Positions 32,190 through 41,892 of a DNA stretch of 64,000 nucleotides are shown here, one piece after another. Numbering within the stretch: position 1 is the first letter of the stretch; each line of letters opens with the position of its first letter. Made by a program: the position numbers and the translations under genes. The stretch covers positions 256,001-320,000 of the forward strand of contig CAVPOM010000007.1 of NCBI GenBank assembly GCA_963707025.1. The letters are read 5' to 3'. The notes under the pieces are model-generated. The model was not told the DNA's origin. It worked only from the letters and a program-made list of their open reading frames with translations, and searched no databases. Origin of the DNA: an uncultured Verrucomicrobiae bacterium (GTDB lineage: Bacteria; Verrucomicrobiota; Verrucomicrobiia; Limisphaerales; Palsa-1400).

Positions 32190-33104
32190 TTGGACACGCA
32201 AAAAGTCATTAAGTCCGCTGGCCGGCACCTTCAGAGTTTGGAAGGGCATGTGTTCGACGTGCTAACCGTGACCAAGCCTGTGTCCGTGGAAGCAGCGGTC
32301 CACTTGGCCAGGCTCATTTCCAAATTGTCTCCGTTGGTGGGGAACATAATTGAGATCAATACCGTCGAGGTGCTCAACGCCAAGCCGGAGTTTCGCCGCT
32401 TCGGAAAATGGATCCGGCAAGATCCGGATTTCCCGGACACCATCCTCAAGGGCAGCATCTCGCCGGTTCCCGGCTTTGAAATCAAGGCGTAGTTTCCCAT
32501 GGCGACGGAGATAACGGCGCGGTTCAAGGACAGCCAAAACCACTTCGTCAAGGACAACACCGGCGTTGTCATGCTGGCTTGGCTCCCGGAGCAAATGATT
32601 TATGGGAAGCCCAAAATCATCGGCGTTTGCATTGCCTCTGGAAAGTCAGTGGCGGCGGCCCGTGACCTTCATTACCACAAGCCGCCTGACTACCTTGTGC
32701 TCGAACCTGAAAACACGAAGCAGCGGACGCGGAACCTCCAACAGACCAATACGAACGGATACAAATTTCAGGGCACTGAGAAGCAGTTGTCGAAGGCGGC
32801 GGCGGTAGTCAGATCATGGGGCCTTGATGGTAGGGAATACAAGCCGACCCCGGATTACCAATCGAAATTAAGGGTGCTGACCTCGCGTTATCCTTATCGC
32901 CTGGATACCAATTACGCCAAAATTGACCGCATTGCACACCCTGGAATTGAGGCGTTCAAGAAAGCCATCGGTCTGAAGAAGTTTCTCGGCATGTCGGTCA
33001 ACCAGTGGAGGTGGGTATTGAGCAGCGGCGATGACTCCGCCATTCGCAAAGCCGTCAAATTGCTCGGCATCAAAGACTCAGGAACAAAGGCTCTGGTGCG
33101 GTGA
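32190..33104 (+). pseudogene. Type II restriction endonuclease (PD-(D/E)xK) interrupted by in-frame TAG at 32490-32492
   Basis: ORFs 32190-32492 and 32499-33104 share a frame: QDPDFPDTIL...GFEIKA*FPMATEITARFKDSQ; convergent with a DNA methyltransferase. Confidence 0.75.
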
Positions 33105-34137
33105 AGCGTTCCAAGCCGAGCTGGAAGTAGGTCGAATCAATTTCCGCGGCGTAGGCCTGGCGCTTGCATTTCCAAGCGGCGAAAGACGCGCTGAACAGTC
33201 CCCCGAAGGGTTCCCAAACAACGTCTCCCTCCTCCGAGGATGCTTCTATAATGAGCGTCAACAAATCGAGCGGTTTTTGATTCAAGTGCGCGGCCTTGCC
33301 ATTGGGCGCCTTGACGCGCTCCCCGCAATGCAGCGCGTTGCGTTCCCAAACATTGGTGTATCCGTGGGGGCAGTGGAATTTATAGCGCATTCCATCCCAC
33401 TCGTCGCGGTTGAGCGAACGCTTCCCATCCATCGAGAAGTAGGGGCGGCCACCCGGATCGCCATGCTGGTTGGCGTAACCAACCAACATCTCGAACTTTT
33501 CAGGCGGTGGCGGATACCAGAGGTGGCCCTGATCGAAGTATTTCCGCGTGGCAGCATCAGCCACCCCGCAGGCCTCGTTCGTCTGGCTGACCGGGAGGCC
33601 AGATCGTTTCCACTCGGCAAGCAACCACTCCTTCAACGGCTTGCCGCCAATCCTTGCTTCGAACGAATACTGCACACAAATCTCGGTGACGACTGGGAAG
33701 CGGCGAATCTTGGCGGTGTTGACGTTGCCGGCGATGTGGGCCTTCCCCTTGTTCCAGAAGTTGGCATTAACATACCGGAAGCCGTACCGCTCCAAAAGCG
33801 GGTGTGCCGCGGCCCATCCAATTTCTGAGTTCCAAAACCAGAGCGTGGTCCGTGCCGTTGCCTTGGCCGCCCAGGCCTTGACGTGCGGCTCATACCACGC
33901 CGGCAGGCCCAAGTGGTCGGACGTGTCGCCGTCGAAGCCCAGCACCCCGTAACCGCCATCGGATATGATGACCGTCGGCGCCGGCCACGAATCGTAAACC
34001 GTGAGGCTGTCGCCATAGTGCAGATGGGCAAAACTGTTTTGAAAATGTTTGGCCTTGGGTTCGCCGTGAAGCGTGACAGTTCGTTTGCGTCCGCGTGTGC
34101 TTGGGGCCGGGCTGGCAGCCTTGGTGGGTGCAATCAT
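33070..34137 (-). CDS. Amino (N4-C/N6-A) DNA methyltransferase, beta-class motif order
   Basis: LHYGDSL, VIISDGGYG (motif IV variant), HLNQKPLDLL, GDVVWEPFGG (motif I variant), AAEIDSTYF. Confidence 0.88.
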   Translation of the reverse strand: MIAPTKAASPAPSTRGRKRTVTLHGEPKAKHFQNSFAHLHYGDSLTVYDSWPAPTVIISDGGYGVLGFDGDTSDHLGLPAWYEPHVKAWAAKATARTTLWFWNSEIGWAAAHPLLERYGFRYVNANFWNKGKAHIAGNVNTAKIRRFPVVTEICVQYSFEARIGGKPLKEWLLAEWKRSGLPVSQTNEACGVADAATRKYFDQGHLWYPPPPEKFEMLVGYANQHGDPGGRPYFSMDGKRSLNRDEWDGMRYKFHCPHGYTNVWERNALHCGERVKAPNGKAAHLNQKPLDLLTLIIEASSEEGDVVWEPFGGLFSASFAAWKCKRQAYAAEIDSTYFQLGLERFTAPEPLFLSL

Positions 34138-34168
34138 GGCAACATCCTACAAAACTCTATCGCACACG

Positions 34169-34387
34169 TCAATGTTTTTCGCGCTTCCGGGGCCGCCCGC
34201 CTTTTCGGCGGTCTTGCTGGTCGAACCGTTCCACCTCAGCCTGGTCGAGCAAATGGTCCCGCCCGCGCTTCTCCGATTCCAACTGACCGTTCCCTATCAA
34301 CTGTCGAACTCGGCCGGGGGTCACTCTGAGGAGGACGGCCGCTTCGGCTGTCGTAATGAGGCCCACCTTGAGCGAGACTACTGCCAT
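34169..34387 (-). CDS. Excisionase/MerR-like helix-turn-helix protein, putative R-M regulator
   Basis: ITTAEAAVLLRVTPGRVRQLIGNGQLESEKRGRDHLLDQAEVERF...GGRPRK; directly upstream of the MTase on the same strand. Confidence 0.75.
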   Translation of the reverse strand: MAVVSLKVGLITTAEAAVLLRVTPGRVRQLIGNGQLESEKRGRDHLLDQAEVERFDQQDRRKGGRPRKREKH

Positions 34388-34435
34388 TTGGCCTCTCGTC
34401 AATACTTGCCGCAGACAAAACTGCTGCGGATTGCG

Positions 34436-34543
34436 TGGTCGGCGAATTCGAGAAAAACTGGCCCCGCATCGTCGAGCGGGCCAAAAAGGGGGCCTAAGCC
34501 CGGTGACTAATTGGCCCCCAGGCCGCGGATCCAAGCGGCGCTG
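34436..34543 (+). repeat. Direct repeat, right copy flanking the R-M islet
   Basis: Second copy of the 31958-32065 sequence. Confidence 0.9.
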
Positions 34544-35769
34544 CGCGAGTATTCGGCGTAAGCCTGGTCGCCCAGCGTCTCGCGGGTGGCGCGCTCCGCC
34601 TCGGCCTGGATGGCGTTCAGCGCCGCGTTGCGCCGGTCCTCGGGTATGTTCTGATTGGAAAGGAGCTGGCTGCGCGCGTCCTCGGCCAGCCGCCGCATGT
34701 CAAGTATAGTTTTTGAAACCTCCGGCGGCAGGTCAAATCGCGCGGCCAGCAGGGTGAGGCTTTGAAACTCCGGGTTGCCCGCCTGCTCCAATTGCGCGGC
34801 CCGCTCCGGGCCGAGCGCCGCCTCCAGTTCCGCCCGCATTTTCTCCTCGTCGGCCGCTTTGGCCGCGGCCACCGTTTCGTCGTTCGTGTCCTGCCAGGCG
34901 TAAGCGGCGTCCAGCGCCTGCTCGCGGGCAAAAATCTCCTGGAACTCGGCTTCGCTGGGATTGAAGCCGATCAATTCCCGGCGCATCCGGTCGGCCGTCG
35001 GCGATGTTGTCAAGTCGAACTCATACTTCTCCTCCGCCGTCATGGCCCCGGCCAGGGCGGCGTCCTGCTCCCGGTCAATCTGGCGCAGTTGTTCGGTCTG
35101 GCCGGGGGTGGGCCGGCCATTGGGGGCCTGCCAGAGCACCTGGTCGCGGCGGCTCTCAAACGGCTCGCGCAGGGCCAGCACCCGGGCGCGCTTGTCCTCG
35201 GACAAAAAGGCCAGCCGCCGGTCATCCTCCTCCGCGTCCACAAAATACTTGTTGAGCTCGCGCTCGTAATTGATGCCGAGCAGTTCGCGCAGGACGGCGG
35301 GCAATTCCTTGTCAATCCGGGCCAGTTGCGCCTCGCGCTCCTCCAGTTGGCTCTGTTTGAGTTTGCGTTTCTCGTCCGTCTCCCAGTATTTGAAGGCCCG
35401 GCCGTTCTGGTAGAATTTGCCCCGGCGCGCCGCATAGAGGCGCATGACGTCGGTGATAATGATGTCGCGCACGGTCGCTTCCGGGCAGCCGATGGCGCGC
35501 AGGTTGGCGATGTACTGCCGGTAATCGGTGGATTCGAGCTGGGACCATCGGAATTGGTTGGTTTTGTAAATCAGCACCCGCGGGGCGGGCAGCGCGCGCG
35601 CGGCGGCGGCGGCGGCGGCGGCGCGCCTTTGTGCTTCGCCCGGCACGGGGCCGGCCGCCGCGCGCTCCCGTGCCGAACGCGCGTTAAAATAAACCCCGAA
35701 CCAAAAATAACCGACTCCCAACAGAGTCAGGTTGAGCAGGCAGAGGAGCACGATGAGCCTGGGCTTCAT
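34507..35769 (-). CDS. Membrane-anchored helical hypothetical protein
   Basis: N-terminal TM; FRWSQLESTDYRQYIANLRAIGCPEATVRDIII; FNPSEAEFQEIF. Confidence 0.8.
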   Translation of the reverse strand: MKPRLIVLLCLLNLTLLGVGYFWFGVYFNARSARERAAAGPVPGEAQRRAAAAAAAARALPAPRVLIYKTNQFRWSQLESTDYRQYIANLRAIGCPEATVRDIIITDVMRLYAARRGKFYQNGRAFKYWETDEKRKLKQSQLEEREAQLARIDKELPAVLRELLGINYERELNKYFVDAEEDDRRLAFLSEDKRARVLALREPFESRRDQVLWQAPNGRPTPGQTEQLRQIDREQDAALAGAMTAEEKYEFDLTTSPTADRMRRELIGFNPSEAEFQEIFAREQALDAAYAWQDTNDETVAAAKAADEEKMRAELEAALGPERAAQLEQAGNPEFQSLTLLAARFDLPPEVSKTILDMRRLAEDARSQLLSNQNIPEDRRNAALNAIQAEAERATRETLGDQAYAEYSRSAAWIRGLGAN

Positions 35770-35872
35770 TGGCGATGAGACTAGGAATGAAGGTCCATCC
35801 AAGGCAAGAGCAGAATGCGGGGAACATTTATTCCATGCAACCGGGGGGCGTTTTGCAGTAAGGTTTACCAAG

Positions 35873-38602
35873 ATGAAACTTATCCCGATGGCCGCCTGCG
35901 CTTTGGCCGCGGCGCTTGCCGGCCTGCACTTCTCCCTCCTGGCCGCGCCGGCGGCGGGTCCGGCGGTGGACGTGGCCGGCGTGGACCGCGCGCGCATTCT
36001 CCAGGCAGCCCAGGCCGCGCTGGCGCTGGCCCCCATCACCATTACCGACTTCCCCGCCAAGCTCAGCGCGGGCGGCCCGCACGATTTCTACTCCAACGGC
36101 GATTATTGGTGGCCCGATACCAACAAGCCCGGCGGCCTGCCTTACGTGAACCGCGACGGCCAGTCCAACCCGGGCATGTTCTTCGAGCACCGCCGCTGTG
36201 TCGCCCGGTTGCGCGACGCCGTCGCCGCCCTGGGCGCCGCCTGGAAAATAACCGGGGACGACCGCTATCCGGCCAAGGCGGCCGGGTTGCTGCGCGTGTT
36301 TTTCCTCGATGCCAAAACGCGGATGAACCCCAGCCTCGACTACGCCCAGGCCATTCCCGGCGTTTCGCCCGGCCGGAGCTACGGTATTATTGACACCTTG
36401 CATCTGGCCGAGGTGCCGCTGGCCATTGCCGCCATGAGCAACTCCCCCGCCTTTGCCCCGGAGACCCTGGCCGGCCTGAAAGACTGGTTCCGCGATTACG
36501 CCCAATGGATGACCACCAGCAAAAACGGCCAGGACGAAGCCCGGGCCGCCAACAACCACGCCGTCGCCTTTTATTTGCAACTGGCCGTCTTCGCCCAGTT
36601 CGCCGGCGACGCGCCCAAACTCGCCGAGTGCCGCCGGCAGTTCAAGGAAGTTTTTCTCGCCCAACAAATGGCCGCCGACGGCAGTTTTCCCGCCGAACTC
36701 AAGCGCACCAAGCCCTACGGCTATTCGATTTTTCAACTCGACAACCTGGCCGCGCTGGCCCAGGTCCTCTCCACCCGCGAGGAGAATCTCTGGAGCTTCA
36801 CCCTGCCCGACGGCCGCGGCATGCGCCGGGCCATGGCCTTTCTTTTTCCCTATCTGGCCGATAAATCCAAGTGGCCGCACGCGCCTGACGTGCAGGCCTG
36901 GGACGGCTGGCCCGCGCGCCAGCCTTGCCTGCTCTTTGCCGGCCTGGCCTATGGCGCCAGGGAATATCTCGACCTGTGGGAAAAACTCCCGCCCGATCCC
37001 GCCGATCCCGAAGTCCGGCGCAACATCGCCATCACCCAGCCGCTCCTGTGGTTAAATTTCGCCGCGCCCGCTCCCCCCCGCGCCCAAATCAACTCCCCGC
37101 CGGAAATCCGCACCCCCAAGCCCCCGGCCGCTCCCCGCATCAACGGCCCGGCCGTTTTCGGCGTGCGGCCCGGTTCGCCCTTGCTCTACCGCATTCCCGC
37201 CACGGGCGACCGGCCCATGCAATTCTCCATCCAGCCCTCCACAGCACCGCCGCAGACGCCGCCGGCCGCTGGCGCTGCTTTGCCGTCCGGTCTCCATCTC
37301 GATTCCCAGACGGGCGAACTGACCGGCTCGCTGCCGGCTCCCGGCGAACTGCGGCTGCTTCTCCGCGCCAAAAACGCCCTCGGTTCGGCGGAAAAGGAAT
37401 TTAAAATCGTGGTGGGCGAAACCATCGCCCTGACCCCGCCCCTGGGCTGGAACAGTTGGAACTGCTGGGGCAGCCAGGTGGACGCCGACAAAGTTCTGCG
37501 CAGCGCCCGAGCCATGGCCGCTTCCGGGCTGATCAACCACGGCTGGAGTTACATCAACATTGACGACGCCTGGCAGGGCGCGCGCGGCGGCGAGTTCCAC
37601 GCCATTCAGGGCAACGAGAAATTCCCCGACATGAAGGGCCTGTGCGACGCCGTTCACGGCCTGGGCCTGAAGATCGGAATTTATTCCACCCCGTGGGTGA
37701 CCTCCTACGCCAACCACATCGGCGGCAGTTCCGAAAATCCGGAAGGCCTCTGGGAAAAGCCCGCCATCCCCAAGCGCGGCAACGTCAATAAGAAAATTCT
37801 TCCCTGGGCCATCGGCCGGCATCATTTCGCCACCAACGACGCCCGGCAATGGGCCGCCTGGGGTTTTGATTACCTCAAATATGACTGGAATCCCAATGAG
37901 CCTCCCGAAACCCTGGAGATGGCCGGCGCGCTGCGCCAGAGCGGACGCGACATCCTCTTCAGCCTCTCCAACAACTCCCCCTTCACCAACGCCCCCGTCC
38001 TGTCCCGCCTCGCCAATTGCTGGCGCACCACCGGCGACATCCGCGACAACTGGGATTCCATGAGCAAGAAGGGCTTCGGCCAGGACAAATGGGAGCGTTA
38101 CGCCGGCCCGGGCCATTGGAATGATCCCGACATGCTCGTCGTCGGCTACGTCGGCTGGGGCAAACCCCATCCCACCGGCCTCACCCCCGACGAGCAATAC
38201 ACCCACATCACCCTCTGGTGCCTGCTCTCCTCCCCGCTCCTGCTCGGTTGCGATTTGGAAAAGCTCGACGACTTCACTCTCAACCTTCTGCAAAACGACG
38301 AGGTCCTGGCCGTCAATCAGGATTCCCTCGGCCGCCAGGCCCGCAGCGTCGCCAGGAGCGCCGCCACCCAGGTTTATGCCAAAAAACTGGCCGACGGCTC
38401 AACCGCCGTGGGGCTTTTCAACCTCGGCACCAACGGCCCGGTCACCGTCACGGCCAGTTGGTCCGACCTCAACCTTGCCGGCCAACAGTCCGTGCGCGAT
38501 CTCTGGCGCCAAAGAGACCTCGGCCAGTTTGACGGCCAGTTCCAAATCACCGTCGCCGCGCATGGCGCCGAAATGGTCAAGATGCAAAAGTCCGGCCTCT
38601 GA
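35873..38602 (+). CDS. Alginate-lyase-family domain fused to an Ig-like domain and a GH27 alpha-galactosidase
   Basis: N-terminal HDFYSNGDYWWP, YVNRDGQSNP, TRMNPSLDYAQ, NNH, ELKRTKPYGYS; C-terminal TPPLGWNSWN, YINIDDAWQ, FDYLKYDW, WRTTGDI, HWNDPDML. Confidence 0.88.
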   Translation: MKLIPMAACALAAALAGLHFSLLAAPAAGPAVDVAGVDRARILQAAQAALALAPITITDFPAKLSAGGPHDFYSNGDYWWPDTNKPGGLPYVNRDGQSNPGMFFEHRRCVARLRDAVAALGAAWKITGDDRYPAKAAGLLRVFFLDAKTRMNPSLDYAQAIPGVSPGRSYGIIDTLHLAEVPLAIAAMSNSPAFAPETLAGLKDWFRDYAQWMTTSKNGQDEARAANNHAVAFYLQLAVFAQFAGDAPKLAECRRQFKEVFLAQQMAADGSFPAELKRTKPYGYSIFQLDNLAALAQVLSTREENLWSFTLPDGRGMRRAMAFLFPYLADKSKWPHAPDVQAWDGWPARQPCLLFAGLAYGAREYLDLWEKLPPDPADPEVRRNIAITQPLLWLNFAAPAPPRAQINSPPEIRTPKPPAAPRINGPAVFGVRPGSPLLYRIPATGDRPMQFSIQPSTAPPQTPPAAGAALPSGLHLDSQTGELTGSLPAPGELRLLLRAKNALGSAEKEFKIVVGETIALTPPLGWNSWNCWGSQVDADKVLRSARAMAASGLINHGWSYINIDDAWQGARGGEFHAIQGNEKFPDMKGLCDAVHGLGLKIGIYSTPWVTSYANHIGGSSENPEGLWEKPAIPKRGNVNKKILPWAIGRHHFATNDARQWAAWGFDYLKYDWNPNEPPETLEMAGALRQSGRDILFSLSNNSPFTNAPVLSRLANCWRTTGDIRDNWDSMSKKGFGQDKWERYAGPGHWNDPDMLVVGYVGWGKPHPTGLTPDEQYTHITLWCLLSSPLLLGCDLEKLDDFTLNLLQNDEVLAVNQDSLGRQARSVARSAATQVYAKKLADGSTAVGLFNLGTNGPVTVTASWSDLNLAGQQSVRDLWRQRDLGQFDGQFQITVAAHGAEMVKMQKSGL

Positions 38603-38635
38603 TCCTGTCCAGGCCCAACCCTCCTCCCATTCCTT

Positions 38636-39265
38636 CTATTCCTGCTCCGTCACGCTGGCCACTTCCGCCCGCGCGGATTTGCGCTCCATGACCAGCGCCT
38701 TGAATTTCCATTCCTTGCCGGGGAGAATGGACCCCACCTGGTCCATGGCCGAGCCGACTTTCTCGCCCTGGGCGTCGAGCAGGTTCAACTCCACCTTGAT
38801 GCCGAATCGCTGGCGGTCGGATTCGTTGCGCAAGACACCGACGGCATAAACAAGCTCCCCATTTTCCGCTTTCTCCAGGCTGACGGGGCCGGCTTTTAAT
38901 CCATGCCACGGGTCGGGCGGGGGCGCCGCCACGACGGGCGCCGCTTTGGCCGGGATGGCTTTCTCAGTGGACAGGAGTGGCGCGGGCCGATGGGCGAGGA
39001 AATACCATCCGGCCGTCCCGCCCGCCGCCGCCAAAACCGCCACGGCTATCGCGACCACGAACAACTTCCTTCGGGGCCGGGTTTGGGGATTGGGGGGACT
39101 GGCCGCAGCGTCGTCACCGGTCGGGCCGAGATTTGGCTGGAGGACGGTTTGCCAACCGCAATGCGGACACAGGATGGTTTGGCCCACCCCGCTGGCGGGG
39201 AACTCAATATGGCCGCCGCAGTTCTGGCAGGCGCACTTAAAATGAGGTTTAGGTTCTGGCACCAA
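38636..39265 (-). CDS. Zinc-ribbon, TM and FxLYD-domain protein
   Basis: CQNCGGHIEF...CPHCG; TM helix; GVLRNESDRQRFGIKVELNLLDAQGEKVG...PGKEWKF. Confidence 0.8.
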   Translation of the reverse strand: MVPEPKPHFKCACQNCGGHIEFPASGVGQTILCPHCGWQTVLQPNLGPTGDDAAASPPNPQTRPRRKLFVVAIAVAVLAAAGGTAGWYFLAHRPAPLLSTEKAIPAKAAPVVAAPPPDPWHGLKAGPVSLEKAENGELVYAVGVLRNESDRQRFGIKVELNLLDAQGEKVGSAMDQVGSILPGKEWKFKALVMERKSARAEVASVTEQE

Positions 39266-39817
39266 CTCCAGCCACTCTACAACGCAGCCGGTCTTGTGAA
39301 CACAGCAAATTGCAACATGGAAGCCTGCTGGCTCCCATTTCCGTGCCGTGGAATTATCTGCTGCCCCGGCTTAAACCGACCAGGCGTCCCACACGGGCTT
39401 CCCATGTTAAAACCTTCAATTCCGGGCGCTCGCGGCGGGGGACAACGGTTGGCGTGGACATCTTAGGCCTGGAGCCATTGCTCGCGGCCTTGTCGCCATT
39501 TCGTTGCACGACCTTCAGTTTTGGCTCCGTCTCCCAAGGCTCCACCGGCACTGTTTGTGTGTTCACTCTCATATCTATCGGCAACGCCAGCGCGCTGCCT
39601 CCCAGATACCCAGCATGGCCGATGCCAGAATCCGCCAGGGAAAATTCATTTATGTAAGCCGTTCCAGTTAAAGTGTTTGCAATCAGAGCCGCCATCCATC
39701 CACAATGGGCATATCATGCGTATTCTGCTAAAATTGCTGCAAAATGCGTGAAAATGCCGCATGCAGGCCTGCCACATTCGCCATTGTTTCCCGCTCCCGG
39801 CCGGATTAGATTCTGGC

Positions 39818-40297
39818 ATGGCATTGGTGCGCATACTCGTTGATGGCTACAGCCTCCTGCACAATTGGCCGGAGTTGGCGCCAGGCAAACCCCGCCATTC
39901 CGCCGCCGCCCGCGACGCGCTGATCCGCACTCTCACTCTTTATCGCGATGCGGTCGCCACGCCCCTGACCATTGTCTTCGACGGCGCCAACGCCCCCGCC
40001 GCCGCTCCCCCTCCGGTCTCCACCCCAGAATTGGAAATCATTTATTCCCGCGCCGGCCAGACCGCCGATGACATCATCGAGCGGGTCGCCTTCCGCATGA
40101 GGGACTACGGCGAAGTGCTGGTCGTGACCGATGATTACGCCGAGCGCGACACCGTGCTTTCCCTGGACGGCCTGGCCACGAGCTGCCGGAATTTTATCAG
40201 CGATGTCGAAAAAGTCTCGCGCGAGCAGCAGCGGGACATCACCCGCCACAATCGCCGCGAACGCGTGCATTTCCAAGAAATCAAAACTGCCAAATGA
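39818..40297 (+). CDS. NYN-domain (YacP/Rae1-like) RNase
   Basis: ILVDGYSLLH, TIVFDG, QTADDIIER, VLVVTDD. Confidence 0.85.
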   Translation: MALVRILVDGYSLLHNWPELAPGKPRHSAAARDALIRTLTLYRDAVATPLTIVFDGANAPAAAPPPVSTPELEIIYSRAGQTADDIIERVAFRMRDYGEVLVVTDDYAERDTVLSLDGLATSCRNFISDVEKVSREQQRDITRHNRRERVHFQEIKTAK

Positions 40298-41586
40298 ACC
40301 AGGACAGGCATAGCATCAGCCCCATGAGTTTAGAACAGAAGATCACAAAGGCAACGAAGACTCAAGAAACCCATCTTCGTTTCCTTCGTTGCCTTCTGTT
40401 AATATCCGTTTTTGCATTTTGCATTTTGCATTTTGCATTTTCTTTGCGCGCCCAGCCGCCGGCCCAGACGGAAAACCGCTTTTTATTCATCATCAACACC
40501 TCCTCCGCCATGCGCCGCATGACCAACGGCATCCAGGAAGCCGTCCTCGGCCTGCTCCAATCCCAAATGCAGGGGCAGATGCGCGACGGCGACACTTTTG
40601 GCATCTGGACCTACGACGACCAGCTTCACGCCAATTCGGGCGTGCAGGTCTGGTCCAAAACAAACCAGGCCGCCATCCTCGGAAATGTGTCCAACTGGCT
40701 GGCGGACCGGCCCTACCAAAAGAAGCCCCGCCTGGAAAAGGTCCTGCCCGTCGCCCTCCAGATCGTCGCCCGGTCGCGCGTCGTCACCCTTATCTTTATA
40801 TTTGACGGGTCGGAAACCATGCAGGGGACCGGCTTCGACCAGGACATCAACGCTCTCCAAAAGGACCTCGGCCCCCGCATGCGGGCCGACCGCATCCCCT
40901 TCGTCACCGTGCTGGCGGCGCGCGACGGGAAATTCTTCGATTACCGCGTGAGAACTCCCGCCTCCATCTCGCTGCCGCAGACCGCCGGTTTCTTCCCGCC
41001 GGCCCAAACCAACACCGTCGCAACTGTGGCCGCCACCAATGTGCCGCCCCCGGTCGTGGCGGCCACCAATGTGCCGCCCCCGGTCGTCGTGCCCAAGCCG
41101 CCGGAGACGCGCCGCCCTGAAATTGTCCTCCGACCCACCTCGCCGCCCAGGACCAACCCGCCGCCGGCCGGCGTCTCCGCCCCGCCGGCACAAAGCGCGC
41201 CGGAGAAAACAGAGGCGGTCCTCCAGCCCGCGCCGATGCCAGTGCAAACTCCGTCCAACGCCGTTGTGGCGCCTAATCCTAATCTTAATCCTAATCCTAA
41301 TCCCACCACCCCTCCCATCGTCGCGCAAGAACCCCTCCCGCCCGTCAAGCCTGTGGCTAAGGCGGACAGTCCCTTGCCCGCCGTTTCCCCCGAATCCCTG
41401 CCGCCGCAACCCGCCCCGCCGCCCGTGGCAACCGCCGTGGTAACGCCCTCTTCGGCGGATCACCTCGCTTTATTGGTCATAGCCTCTTCCCTGTTGATCA
41501 TAGCCGGGGTCCTGCTGGTTTTTCTCATCCGCCGTTCCCGCACCCCGCCCAGCCTCATTTCCCAGTCCATGGATCGGCCGCAGTGA
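40294..41586 (+). CDS. Hypothetical protein with vWA-like domain, Pro-rich linker and C-terminal TM; start uncertain
   Basis: RFLFIINTSSAM, GDTFGIWTY, LIFIFDG; Pro/Thr-rich tail; terminal TM followed by RRSR. Confidence 0.75.
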   Translation: MNQDRHSISPMSLEQKITKATKTQETHLRFLRCLLLISVFAFCILHFAFSLRAQPPAQTENRFLFIINTSSAMRRMTNGIQEAVLGLLQSQMQGQMRDGDTFGIWTYDDQLHANSGVQVWSKTNQAAILGNVSNWLADRPYQKKPRLEKVLPVALQIVARSRVVTLIFIFDGSETMQGTGFDQDINALQKDLGPRMRADRIPFVTVLAARDGKFFDYRVRTPASISLPQTAGFFPPAQTNTVATVAATNVPPPVVAATNVPPPVVVPKPPETRRPEIVLRPTSPPRTNPPPAGVSAPPAQSAPEKTEAVLQPAPMPVQTPSNAVVAPNPNLNPNPNPTTPPIVAQEPLPPVKPVAKADSPLPAVSPESLPPQPAPPPVATAVVTPSSADHLALLVIASSLLIIAGVLLVFLIRRSRTPPSLISQSMDRPQ

Positions 41587-41641
41587 GTGAAGCCAGCCTC
41601 TGCCATCGTGCCGGAGCTGTCAAGTCTAAGTCACGGCCGCC

Positions 41642-41869
41642 TCACGGCTTGCGGACAACCCGAACCACGCCGATGCCGACAAACAGGCCGACCTGACCAA
41701 CAATCATGCCCATCAGGCCCCAGTGGAACACCTGCCAAACTAAAAGCGAAATGGCTGCTGATAATACGGCCCACAATAACGCCGGGCCATTGTCAAACAC
41801 GCCTGCCCGATAAAAGCAAACAGCGAACACCACCAGCAACACGGCATTAAATGAATAAAACGGCATCAT
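41642..41869 (-). CDS. Small membrane protein
   Basis: MMPFYSFNAVLLVVFAVCFYRAG...LWAVLSAAISLLVW...GQVGLFVGIG. Confidence 0.6.
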   Translation of the reverse strand: MMPFYSFNAVLLVVFAVCFYRAGVFDNGPALLWAVLSAAISLLVWQVFHWGLMGMIVGQVGLFVGIGVVRVVRKP

Positions 41870-41892
41870 GGAAAACGAATCACGCCAAAGGC

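Noticed and set aside
10619..32492. In-frame TAG codons in lat and the REase as amber recoding
   Set aside because: TAG ends normal genes here (e.g. the nucleotidyltransferase and TPR genes), the two contexts suggest different original residues, and no suppressor or pyl genes are seen.
39354..39695. 113-aa minus-strand ORF in the divergent intergenic region
   Set aside because: No recognisable motif or clear start signal; it may be a gene fragment but cannot be supported.
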